Source: Cyanophora paradoxa CCMP329
Lineage: Eukaryota > Plantae > Glaucophyta
Direction: 5' to 3'
Length of the DNA: 64,000 nt
NCBI GenBank assembly: GCA_004431415.1
Contig: QPMI01000468.1
Location: 1 to 64,000 of the forward strand
The notes under the pieces were generated by a model. The model was not told the DNA's origin. It ran no database searches and saw nothing but the letters and a program-made list of their open reading frames with translations. Shown one piece after another: positions 54,855 to 64,000 of this stretch; position 1 is the stretch's first letter; every line of letters starts with the position of its first letter. The position numbers and the translations under genes were made by a program.

Positions 54855-56331
54855 TGTAACGTCCCCGGAAATCAAGCCGGAATGCATTCACATTTATAAA
54901 TTCGTTTGTTATAATTTGCACATAGTTATATACCTGTGGGGTGAACAAATGCGAGTCACTATGCATTAGATCGAAGCCTGCCATTGTTGGGTTCGCAGCA
55001 AGCACATTTGCTAGGACCGTATTTTCAAAAAGCCTCCCATCTTGGACATATCCTAAGTTGGTCAGAATGCTGAAATTAAATAGGACTCCGGCAGCAAATG
55101 CTGGCCCATACATAATGATTTGATGTAGCTCAAAAGGCTTGGGAAACTCGACTTTAATCCAGGGATTAGGTAAAGTGCCCCCTTGGAACCCTGTTGAGTT
55201 GGGTCGCACATGAGAAGGTGGGTGCAATTCCTCAAAGTCGTTGCTTGTAATGTTTGCATCTGGAATTATAAACCAGTTGACATCAAATGGCGGCTCAACT
55301 GTTAAAGTAGACGATATGATTAGTCTCTCATCGTTCAGTAGGTCGTAGTTCGCCAGTAGAAAGCTGCAGAGTGCATTTATTTTAGCATTTATTTCGGTTT
55401 GTTTCAGCCATAAATCAGTCGTGGAAATCAAATAAGAAATATTCGATGGGGAGGCATCGTCAAGCTTGCTCATGACTGCAGCTGGTAGCGGAACACTTAA
55501 ACGCCAGTATCTTGTTAGATTCCTATCCGCATCAACTGGAAGCAGTTCCTGCATTTGAAAGTGCGATTCCAGCTCGCTACCAGCCATTAGCATAGAAATG
55601 ATTGGGCTGCCTGAGAGGGATAGGATCCAGCCCAGTGCGCCCCAGCCTGACGTCTCCGAATTCGAAAAGCCTGCAGTCAATTGCTCACTGGCTTGGACTT
55701 CACCACAGCTAATGCTCACAAGAACAATTGGATCTTCTGCATCGTAAATTTTACTGGCGTGGCTGAGTGCAGCAACTGAGGGATTATTCAAACAGGCAAT
55801 TGCCCCGTCAACAAGGTTTTTGTCTCCTAGAACCTTCGGTGGAAAGAATGTTGGCGCTGCAGAAGATGCTCTAACTGCATCACGAATCAGCGTGCTCGAG
55901 TATGGCCCATCTTTGGTGAAAACTACGGGCTGCATCCGAACTGTATCAAACGCTGTAATTAATATGTCTTTGGTCGATTCTGCAATTGTGTAGTCTAGGG
56001 CAACGTCTGTGAGCACCGACTCTAGAGGGTTTGCATCATAGCGGCTTCCTGAGAGCAAGCTTGTGAGTGATCTCGGATTTGCAAATATTACAGGTAGGTT
56101 CGTTTGATATAGACTCAAGATATCACCTGCAGAATATCGGTAAGCAAGAACAGAGCCTGGAGTTGATGGGATCGCCAATCCGGCCGCTATTATTGCCCCT
56201 GTTGAGGTGCCTGCAAAGAAATCAAACAGCTGTGGTATTGCTTTCCCAGTAATCGCCTCAATCCGTTGCAGAATTCTGGCAATAATTATACCACGAGCAC
56301 CTCCACCTGATAACGAGAGAATGACCTTCAT
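54847..56331 (-). CDS. Patatin-like phospholipase
   Basis: SGGGARG, GTSTG, SSAAPTFF, DGA; ATG at 56331. Confidence 0.92.
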   Translation of the reverse strand: MKVILSLSGGGARGIIIARILQRIEAITGKAIPQLFDFFAGTSTGAIIAAGLAIPSTPGSVLAYRYSAGDILSLYQTNLPVIFANPRSLTSLLSGSRYDANPLESVLTDVALDYTIAESTKDILITAFDTVRMQPVVFTKDGPYSSTLIRDAVRASSAAPTFFPPKVLGDKNLVDGAIACLNNPSVAALSHASKIYDAEDPIVLVSISCGEVQASEQLTAGFSNSETSGWGALGWILSLSGSPIISMLMAGSELESHFQMQELLPVDADRNLTRYWRLSVPLPAAVMSKLDDASPSNISYLISTTDLWLKQTEINAKINALCSFLLANYDLLNDERLIISSTLTVEPPFDVNWFIIPDANITSNDFEELHPPSHVRPNSTGFQGGTLPNPWIKVEFPKPFELHQIIMYGPAFAAGVLFNFSILTNLGYVQDGRLFENTVLANVLAANPTMAGFDLMHSDSHLFTPQVYNYVQIITNEFINVNAFRLDFRGRYIN

Positions 56332-56355
56332 TTTTAAAAGGGGGCTTATATAAAA

Positions 56356-59300
56356 ATGTCCTACATCTTGAAGAAGCCAGTGCCACTTCGTAGATCTCCA
56401 GATTTCGTTGATGATCGACTCATTAATATTCGCGTTTTTGGAAGCATCTTGGCAGACTTCAATGCTGATCGTGACATCCACAGGACCGAGTTTAGTCGAC
56501 CAGCTGCATTAATTCTGCGGAACTCTCACGTTGGTGCCCCAGATATTGCACAGAGATTCTGTCTTGGTCCCACTGAGAACTTTGTTGCTGAAATTATTGG
56601 GTCCAGGGCGTTGCCACGACACCTGCGAATTGCCTCCTCAGGCACAGTCTCCAAGTATGATTCTGGTAGATTGATATTTAGGCTCCAAAATGATAGAGGG
56701 GTCCATACATCAGCTCTACGTCTAATTGATGAATCAAATGATGTCGCAAACAAAACTGCGGCTCAAATCACTGGGCGAATTCTCCTTGGCGAAGATACTG
56801 CAATATCAGTGCTTGCATCACAAATTCAGCCGTTCCCCTGGGATCTACTATATACCGATGCACGAGAAGCAAATCTTCTTTTCGGGTTTGATGTAAATCA
56901 AATCGATACCGAGCCAGCCACCAGGTTCGATATTCCTGGATGCACCTTCGGCTCTATCTTGATTGAGGCTGACAGGCACCTGCTCCCGGCATTGCATGAT
57001 AGATATGACCTAGGGCTTCGCACCAGGCAGTGGAGAAATATTCATGGAACTAATATTTATCAGGATGGTAAGAAGGTTAGCACTGAAGAGCAGGTTATCA
57101 ACATTTTCAACTACTACTTCGGACCTATTGTCCCTATACCACCTCTTCCAGGGTTACCAAAGCCGCCAATCCCGGATGGACCTGGTCGAGAGCGAGTTGC
57201 TGATGAGACAGTTCCTTTCGGTCAACATATTGTCAGTTGGGAGCAAGTTCGCAATAAACCTATCTTCGAACCGAAAAAACAAATAGATGAACAGTATTTA
57301 CCTCCTGAAATCGATATATTAGAGCTTGATGATTACCAATTTGTCCCAGATGAGGAAGAGTTTTTACCTGACGGTTTCGACCCGCAAGAGTATGAGTATG
57401 ATCAATTCGACCCAAATGAGGAAGAGTATTTACCCGATGGTTTAGATCCACAAGAGTATCAGTATGAACAGAATTATGAACCCCATGAGGAATATTTAGC
57501 AGATGGTCTCGAACCACCAGTTGTGGATTATGAGCAACCTTATGAACCCCATGAGGAGTTTTTACCAGATGGATTACAACCGGAGCTTTTTGAGTTCTTT
57601 CCAGATTGGGAACAGATCAACAACAAACCAGCGAGATATCCACCAGAGGATCACAACCATGATTGGGATGAGATCTTGGGTAAACCTGAGAAATATCCAC
57701 CTGAAGATCACAGGCATGATTGGGGCGATATCGATGGAATTCCACCTGAGTTTCCGCCTGAAAATCATAGGCATAATTGGGATGAAATCGATTTACAGCC
57801 TACCTTTGCATCAGCAGGAAATGTATTATTAGGAGATATTAACAATGGTGTGAGTCTCTACCAAAATATAAACACACCAGAAAGATTACAATTAAACGAC
57901 TATTATGTGAATCGTCAGGGAATCGATGCAGGCACCACAATGGATGGCGAATTGTATATTAGACCACCCACAAGGGATGTAATATTACCACTTGGTGGTG
58001 GAATTGAAATTAAAAATACAAAACCAGGAATCTACTTAACAAACTACTACCCCGATGATGTCCCGATGACAGCAGGATTTATTTCTCTACCATCTGATCC
58101 AGCAAACTATGATAACAAAGATGCAACAATACAAATTAATGTTACGAATGTTAGCGATTTAGACGGATCAAGACCAAAACTTATATTCAGTCGTGAGCAA
58201 CTCGCAGCAGAAACACTTTTAGGAGATCGCGATGATTATAAACAATGCGAGGTTGCATGGATCAAAACAAATTATAATGGTGGAGTTCCAGAGGGTCTTT
58301 TAGAAATCAATCAGAGAGCCTCAGCGAAAAACATTCATAACGAAAATATTTCAAGAGTCGTAACAGAAGATTATTTTAGATGGGAAAATATCCCAGATGC
58401 ACCAGAAAAATTCCCGCCAGAAGACCATGAACATGTCAAAGCAGACATTACGGATTTTGCACATGAACATGTCAAAGCAGATATTACGGATTTCGCACAT
58501 GAACATGTTAAAGCCGATATTACAGATTTCGCACATGAACATGTTAAAGCCGATATTACAGACTTTGCGCATACTCACACAAAAGACCAAATAACAGATT
58601 TCGCACATGAACATGTTAAAACCGATATTACAGACTTTGCCCATACTCACACCAAAGATCAGATCACAGATTTTGCACACAAACATGTCAAAGCAGATAT
58701 TACGGATTTTGCACATGAACATGTCAAAGCAGATATTACGGATTTTGCACACAGGCACAATTGGGACGAAATAGATCAACAGCCAGTATTTGCACAATTG
58801 AATGCAATCGGAAACGTTTTAAATGGAGTCACACTTTACCAATCGATAAATATACCTGAAAGGCTATTTTTGAATGATCATTATGTTAGTCTCAATGGGT
58901 CGTTTACAGGTCAAGAAGGCACACCGATGGTGGGGACTCTTGCAGTAAGATTACCCAGGGATCCAATTGTAAATGGAGTTTATGATGGCGATTTTAATGT
59001 AGGAGTAAATGATACTTTCCCCAGTATCTATGTCACGAATTATCACCCGGGTGAAACAGGACAAGTAGCGGATTTTTCAGCAGCGATACAAGTAAATGTA
59101 ACAGATCAAAGCGCATATGATGGAGCAAGACCTAAGATAGTTTTCACAAGGGAGAAAGTTGTAAACTACCTTCCTGTTGTGGGACAACCCACAGATGATC
59201 ACGGGAAATGTGAGATGGCGTGGATAAAAACAACATCAGGTGGCGCCTTAGAAGTCAATCAGAGAATGGCGGCGAAAAACTTACACAATACCACCCTTTC

Positions 59301-61251
59301 GGGTGTGGTTACAGATGATTACTTAGAAAACAAAGATTATGTTACAAATACAGAATTACAGTTAGCTGTTACAGATTTTGTTACAGATACCGAATTAACG
59401 TCAGCTCTTGCGAATTATCTACCTCTTACAGGTGGAACTGTCACAGGAACTGTGAATGCTACCACTCTACAAATTGGTGGAACCACAATTCCAAAAGGTT
59501 ATGATTTTGATCAGTTAGATGTGATTTCAACAGACAGATCTCCAAATAACTGGATTGTTACATGGGCATCAAGAACAGGGCAAAATGGATGTCATACCAC
59601 ACCACAAAATGATGAAGATTGCAGTGGTTGTTGGATGAGATGGCTCATTCCCACAGGTATGAAATCATTTTATATCCAGCACTTGCCTTGGTATAATTGT
59701 AGATATTTTGATATCTATGGGCAAACAGTCAATGGATATCAACATTTCTTAAAACGAGTAAATGCCTATCAGGGAATTCAACAGGTGTATCAGGATGGAA
59801 CACATAATACAATCTTGTTTGTCTCTATCAATTGCGAATTCTACAAATATATTTATGTCCAAGGTCGAAAAGGTCGCATTCATCTCACAGGTGTTTTTGG
59901 GTGGAGTAGACAGAGAGCAACAGATAATGAATTGGGCATGATCTCTTGGGATAATGTATTTAGTAAACCATCATTTTACTCAGCCGCAGACCTTCCACAA
60001 ACCGCAACATGGCCAACAAATACATGGTTAAAATCAGTAGATGCAGTCGAGCGAATTTCGTTTGGTAATGGTGATTGCACATATATACGAGGGAGACCAA
60101 ATGGTGATGGTGTCTCAATTGAATTCAGAAACTCAGCAGATGGAGCAATTTTAAAGTCTTATAACAATGGGAACTTTTGGGTGAATAATACTATTACAGC
60201 ACCCACTATTAATGCTACTACCAAACTCCAAATAAACGGTAATGATGTCCCAAAGTTTCACACAGCAGATAAAACAGTAGGAGGTATTGAATTTAATAGA
60301 TGTTCTGAGGGTTGGACATGGGCATGGAGTTCAGAATGGGATCCATATTATAATTATGGTTCATATGTTTATAATAATCAAACGGATGATCAAACATCTA
60401 CCGCTTGGATTGACTTCGATATACCTGATGGATACCACAAAGGAACAGCGTTTTTAACTTATTTACCTTGGAATAACTCACGAATTTTTGAAATTTGGGG
60501 ACTCAATCGACAAGGGAATGAAGTTTTTATTACATCAGTAAATAGTTATCAACCATACAGCACATCTCCTAATAGTAACCACAGTGGTATAAATAATGTT
60601 CCAATACATCTTGGTAATCGATTCCTCACAATTCGAATTAGACCAAAGATTGGAAGAGTTAATATTATGGGTATTAGTTACATGAAAATTTGGGTTGGAA
60701 ATAGTTATGGCGGTCACACCGGCTATATTCATTGGAATAACGTTTATAGCAAACCCAATATCTTAACAGGAACTGTGGGGACTTGGTTTAATTCCAGTGA
60801 TGGATATAATCGTATCCATTTCGGTAACCAAACTTCTACATATTTGAAAGGAGGGGGAGATATTCCCCTTGTATTCCGAAATGAACAAAATACTGATATT
60901 TGTTACATGTATCATGGAGGATGGATGTGGATTGGAGGTTATTTAACACAAGGAAGTGACATAAGATACAAAACCGATATTAAAAAGATAACCGGCGCTC
61001 TTTCAGCAATCGAGAGATTAGAAGGAGTAAGTTTTAAACGAATTGGAAGCGAAAAAGACGGAACAAAATTAGGTTTAATTGCACAAGATGTTCAAAAGGT
61101 AATACCAGAGGTAGTTAATGTTAAAAAAGACGATGGCTACCTATCTCTTGAATACACAGGTTTAATTCCTGTTCTCATTGAAGCAGTGAAGGAGTTATCG
61201 CAGAAATGCAAAGATTTACAAAGTCAAATAGACCAATGGCGCAGTCGCTAG
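56356..61251 (+). CDS. Large tail-fibre-like protein with HxHxxxDITDF repeats and C-terminal peptidase S74 (intramolecular chaperone) domain
   Basis: About nine HEHVKADITDFA-type repeats (~58426-58755); SDIRYKTDIKKI..AL..I..LEGVSF...GLIAQDV..VIPE, then a coiled coil. Confidence 0.88.
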   Translation: MSYILKKPVPLRRSPDFVDDRLINIRVFGSILADFNADRDIHRTEFSRPAALILRNSHVGAPDIAQRFCLGPTENFVAEIIGSRALPRHLRIASSGTVSKYDSGRLIFRLQNDRGVHTSALRLIDESNDVANKTAAQITGRILLGEDTAISVLASQIQPFPWDLLYTDAREANLLFGFDVNQIDTEPATRFDIPGCTFGSILIEADRHLLPALHDRYDLGLRTRQWRNIHGTNIYQDGKKVSTEEQVINIFNYYFGPIVPIPPLPGLPKPPIPDGPGRERVADETVPFGQHIVSWEQVRNKPIFEPKKQIDEQYLPPEIDILELDDYQFVPDEEEFLPDGFDPQEYEYDQFDPNEEEYLPDGLDPQEYQYEQNYEPHEEYLADGLEPPVVDYEQPYEPHEEFLPDGLQPELFEFFPDWEQINNKPARYPPEDHNHDWDEILGKPEKYPPEDHRHDWGDIDGIPPEFPPENHRHNWDEIDLQPTFASAGNVLLGDINNGVSLYQNINTPERLQLNDYYVNRQGIDAGTTMDGELYIRPPTRDVILPLGGGIEIKNTKPGIYLTNYYPDDVPMTAGFISLPSDPANYDNKDATIQINVTNVSDLDGSRPKLIFSREQLAAETLLGDRDDYKQCEVAWIKTNYNGGVPEGLLEINQRASAKNIHNENISRVVTEDYFRWENIPDAPEKFPPEDHEHVKADITDFAHEHVKADITDFAHEHVKADITDFAHEHVKADITDFAHTHTKDQITDFAHEHVKTDITDFAHTHTKDQITDFAHKHVKADITDFAHEHVKADITDFAHRHNWDEIDQQPVFAQLNAIGNVLNGVTLYQSINIPERLFLNDHYVSLNGSFTGQEGTPMVGTLAVRLPRDPIVNGVYDGDFNVGVNDTFPSIYVTNYHPGETGQVADFSAAIQVNVTDQSAYDGARPKIVFTREKVVNYLPVVGQPTDDHGKCEMAWIKTTSGGALEVNQRMAAKNLHNTTLSGVVTDDYLENKDYVTNTELQLAVTDFVTDTELTSALANYLPLTGGTVTGTVNATTLQIGGTTIPKGYDFDQLDVISTDRSPNNWIVTWASRTGQNGCHTTPQNDEDCSGCWMRWLIPTGMKSFYIQHLPWYNCRYFDIYGQTVNGYQHFLKRVNAYQGIQQVYQDGTHNTILFVSINCEFYKYIYVQGRKGRIHLTGVFGWSRQRATDNELGMISWDNVFSKPSFYSAADLPQTATWPTNTWLKSVDAVERISFGNGDCTYIRGRPNGDGVSIEFRNSADGAILKSYNNGNFWVNNTITAPTINATTKLQINGNDVPKFHTADKTVGGIEFNRCSEGWTWAWSSEWDPYYNYGSYVYNNQTDDQTSTAWIDFDIPDGYHKGTAFLTYLPWNNSRIFEIWGLNRQGNEVFITSVNSYQPYSTSPNSNHSGINNVPIHLGNRFLTIRIRPKIGRVNIMGISYMKIWVGNSYGGHTGYIHWNNVYSKPNILTGTVGTWFNSSDGYNRIHFGNQTSTYLKGGGDIPLVFRNEQNTDICYMYHGGWMWIGGYLTQGSDIRYKTDIKKITGALSAIERLEGVSFKRIGSEKDGTKLGLIAQDVQKVIPEVVNVKKDDGYLSLEYTGLIPVLIEAVKELSQKCKDLQSQIDQWRSR

Positions 61252-61315
61252 ACAAGCTAGCTCGCCTGCGGTCAGGCTGCTTAACTGCCGTAATAAAAAT
61301 GTCACAGTATAATAA

Positions 61316-61624
61316 ATGGCGACCTATCCACTCGGTGGAACTCCTTCTACTTCTTCTGAGCCTGTCGCTCTTGCATTCGATACTATCAAACTTGTAGCCG
61401 CACTACAAACTGTCGAAAAAACGATACAGCAAACCAACAAACTGTCACCGGTTGTTCATGAATATAAAAACCTTTTGGTTAATGTCCTTGCCCAAGCAGC
61501 TTATGGCGACCCTGTTGCTAAATACTCTGAGTGCGATAGCAATATCAAAGCAATGACAGCCAATATTCAAGCTCTTTCTGTTGCTTACCAAGCCCTTGGA
61601 GCGAATCTAATCACTTTGGCTTGA
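61316..61624 (+). CDS. Hypothetical helical protein
   Basis: 102-aa ORF with ATG in a compact gene array. Confidence 0.6.
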   Translation: MATYPLGGTPSTSSEPVALAFDTIKLVAALQTVEKTIQQTNKLSPVVHEYKNLLVNVLAQAAYGDPVAKYSECDSNIKAMTANIQALSVAYQALGANLITLA

Positions 61625-61680
61625 TAGTTATTTGGCTTGTCTGCCGACTTTTTTTTCTTTCCTTCTTTGTAAAATAAGCA

Positions 61681-62535
61681 ATGGGCGAATATAATCGGGT
61701 TCAGTTACCTATCTATTCACTTGGATCCCCTGCAAATCATTTTCGCCAACACGAAGTCAATGATGAGGTTCGCGGTCTGGAATCCACTGAACGACCTAAT
61801 TCGAATGGTAACTCTTTTGACAAAAACTCAATGATTCGAGTAAAAGAACTCCGAGCCGATAAGAATTCGGGTGTAGTTAAAACCACTCGACTACTCGTAA
61901 GCAATGCAAATTTCTTCCAGCCAATAAATGGAGGCCCTGATGCTTACAGTGTTGATCTGAAAGCCCTCGATTTCGACAAGAATTCTGCTGCTGCTACAAT
62001 TCGTTCAGGTGGAGCATTTATTGGTGGTGGTTGCAGAGTTTCAGGTCAACTCTCTTCTTCGATTGCATACAATGATGTCCCGGATTCCCTTGAACAAAAT
62101 GTTGAAAATCCACAACGAATTCGGTTCTATACACCTGTTGCACAGCAACCTTTTCTTCACTTCTATGTTGCATCATCTGTCTCTCTTGAAAATTCAGAGT
62201 TGGTTTCCATTACAGGAACTGATCGTGTGAGAAGGAATATTCCTCTTCCCACAGCAATGCTTTCGATGTGCAGAGCAAACAACAATCAACCAGGTCACAA
62301 TTACCTATTCTTTGTTCAAGCATCAAATCATTTCGGTCGGGGATATTGTGTATATAACAATTTGACATTTACTTATGATTTGTTTGTCACTGAGGTAGGA
62401 GTTTACAATACTATGATTATGGGACTGAGAACAGATATAGCAGCTGTTTCGGCACTTCGTGGTGTGAATGTTGCTGATATCTTTACAACCGGATTTTACC
62501 AGGAGCCAGATGTTATTGACGATCCAACACCTTAA
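61681..62535 (+). CDS. Fibre-family protein (N-terminus shared with 39832 and 62559)
   Basis: ESTE...RVKELRADK..GVVKTTRLLVSN...GGAFIG.G. Confidence 0.75.
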   Translation: MGEYNRVQLPIYSLGSPANHFRQHEVNDEVRGLESTERPNSNGNSFDKNSMIRVKELRADKNSGVVKTTRLLVSNANFFQPINGGPDAYSVDLKALDFDKNSAAATIRSGGAFIGGGCRVSGQLSSSIAYNDVPDSLEQNVENPQRIRFYTPVAQQPFLHFYVASSVSLENSELVSITGTDRVRRNIPLPTAMLSMCRANNNQPGHNYLFFVQASNHFGRGYCVYNNLTFTYDLFVTEVGVYNTMIMGLRTDIAAVSALRGVNVADIFTTGFYQEPDVIDDPTP

Positions 62536-62558
62536 ATTATATATTACTTAAATGTAAA

Positions 62559-63389
62559 ATGGCTGAAATTCCAATAGAGCGTATTGTTACGGCACAGCTC
62601 TCACTATCTGCACCAGCAAATCACGTTCTACAACACGCTTGTTTTGATGATGTGGAAGGTCTTGAATCAACAGAAGTTCAGCCAACAATGAATACCTTCG
62701 GATCTACACATAAACTTCGATTGCAGGAACTCCGATGTGATAAAAATAATGGTATAGTTAAGACAACGAAACTTCTTGTCACAAATGCAAATTTTAGCGC
62801 AAATTATGGCGATCCAGACAGCTATAGCTCCCCTATTTCGACTTATTCTTTCGAATCTCGTTCTGGAGCTATTAACTGTCGAAATGGCGGCGCATATATT
62901 GGTGATGGTCTTCGAGTTGGGGGAACGATCGGAGCCCCTCTCTTCGTGAACGACACGCCAAACCCGATCGACAATCTGACGCGGATTCGCACCTATGTCC
63001 CCGGTATGAATGCCCCCTATATAATCAAGATATTCCCCATTGTTGTTAATGAGCAAACATCAGTAGTTGATTCTCTGGTTGAAATTGGTGATCATTATAA
63101 GGTAGTTGTCGATATTCCACCGGACATCTACGCACTCTGTCAGGTAGAAGGTGGGACACCCAATATTACGGTGGTAATAACTCCTTACGATAATTTCGGT
63201 ATTGCATATCATGGTGTAAATTTCGGATTAGAAGATTATCAGTTTTTAGTAAGAGCTACCAGGTTTGGTATCTACAAATGCATCCTTTATGCTGAACGAA
63301 CCGATGCTATTGCTAAACAGAACACATATGCAGAATATGTTGGTACAAACAGGTATTTTCCTATATTCGGCAGCGATACGGCTCCATAG
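62559..63389 (+). CDS. Fibre-family protein, tandem paralog of 61681-62535
   Basis: ESTE...RLQELRCDKNNGIVKTTKLLVTN...GGAYIGDG. Confidence 0.75.
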   Translation: MAEIPIERIVTAQLSLSAPANHVLQHACFDDVEGLESTEVQPTMNTFGSTHKLRLQELRCDKNNGIVKTTKLLVTNANFSANYGDPDSYSSPISTYSFESRSGAINCRNGGAYIGDGLRVGGTIGAPLFVNDTPNPIDNLTRIRTYVPGMNAPYIIKIFPIVVNEQTSVVDSLVEIGDHYKVVVDIPPDIYALCQVEGGTPNITVVITPYDNFGIAYHGVNFGLEDYQFLVRATRFGIYKCILYAERTDAIAKQNTYAEYVGTNRYFPIFGSDTAP

Positions 63390-63427
63390 CCGCATTCCTT
63401 TGTTTTTTTATATTTTTCCATTAATAG

Positions 63428-63751
63428 ATGGATTTGCTTCGAAAATTATTGGATATGTTCCATCTCAACGTCACCAGCAAATTGAATTGTAGTTGCTGTG
63501 AGACGACCATTAATCTCGAAATATCGGACACTGAGGGCTCTCGAACCCCAGAAACTCAGGTATCGCCTATTAACACACCCAGGACTTCTAGGTCCAATTC
63601 TCCATTTACTCGAACTGATTCACCTGTACCTTGGCTTGATGAAGGCCGAAGATTGTCGTGGCCTCCCCCAGATATCCCAAAGCCGCTGAAAAGAAAAAAG
63701 TCCTTGCTATCAAGTTTCAGAAAGGAGAAGCAATCCGATCTAGTGGAATGA
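63428..63751 (+). CDS. Conserved hypothetical protein (homolog of 28217-28564)
   Basis: MFHL..TS...SCCETT...ISD motif. Confidence 0.75.
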   Translation: MDLLRKLLDMFHLNVTSKLNCSCCETTINLEISDTEGSRTPETQVSPINTPRTSRSNSPFTRTDSPVPWLDEGRRLSWPPPDIPKPLKRKKSLLSSFRKEKQSDLVE

Positions 63752-63799
63752 GGCCGCACCAGAGCGCTCTTTGGGCCCGTCCTTACGTGCGGCTATAGC

Positions 63800-63997
63800 T
63801 TAACGCTTTTTCCTCGTTTAGCTTCTCTGTACACATCAATTACATCTAGCTAGAGCTTAACACGTTTCCTCGTTTAGCTTCTCTGTACTCATTAATATCG
63901 TCTAGAATTATCCTAAACCTGTTTCCTCTGTTAGCTTCTCTGTACACATCAATATCGTCTAGACTATTCTGCCACGTTCGTCTGCAGACCGCGCTCA
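63800..63997 (-). repeat. Inner part of right TIR of element A with three tandem subrepeats
   Basis: tttcctc(g/tg)ttagcttctctgtac occurs three times; inverted match to 12289-12420. Confidence 0.7.
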
Positions 63998-64000
63998 TGG

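Larger units (their letters stand above)
12289..64000. mobile_element. Outer endogenous Polinton-like virus / Maverick-type element A (exact ends unresolved; right end probably beyond the window), interrupted by element B
   Basis: pPolB, rve integrase, A32 ATPase and capsid-like genes at 43248-63751. Imperfect inverted repeat between 12289-~12420 (tgagcgcggtctgcaga...gaagctaactgaggaaacagg) and ~63800-63997. Its HNH gene is split across element B. Confidence 0.85.

Noticed and set aside
43248-63751. Prophage interpretation because of tail-fibre and HNH genes
   Set aside because: No terminase, portal or HK97 capsid; pPolB + A32 ATPase + rve integrase + TIR/TSD indicate eukaryotic Polinton-like viruses.

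Overview
This is a eukaryotic, GC-rich host region (1 to ~12.2 kb: a ~120-bp satellite and a ~2.87-kb tandem duplication) followed by three levels of nested mobile elements. (1) Outer endogenous Polinton-like virus 'A' runs from ~12.3 kb to beyond 64 kb. It encodes pPolB, rve integrase, A32-type packaging ATPase, a probable major capsid protein, two probable minor capsid proteins, HNH nucleases, patatin and a 1631-aa fibre with an S74 chaperone. (2) A complete related Polinton-like virus 'B' (12592-42655; ~1.47-kb TIRs; 6-bp TSD ATAGGG) is inserted inside an HNH gene of A, and that gene rejoins in frame when B is removed. B has its own integrase, a pPolB with a degenerate proofreading domain, a frameshifted primase-helicase, a syntenic morphogenesis module and phage-like fibre genes. 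(3) A self-nested non-autonomous Helentron/Helitron2-like element (13845-16999) sits in the left TIR of B. Further observations: a 27-29-nt GC-rich micro-insertion spreading in A (in frame after ATGs, or frameshifting a gene), an HNH-AP2 gene flanked by a 128-bp duplication, ACTACGCA iteron palindromes, a self-inverted 308-bp terminal cassette, and giant-virus-like promoter motifs. Protein calls rest on motifs, synteny and recalled family features; no database search was run.
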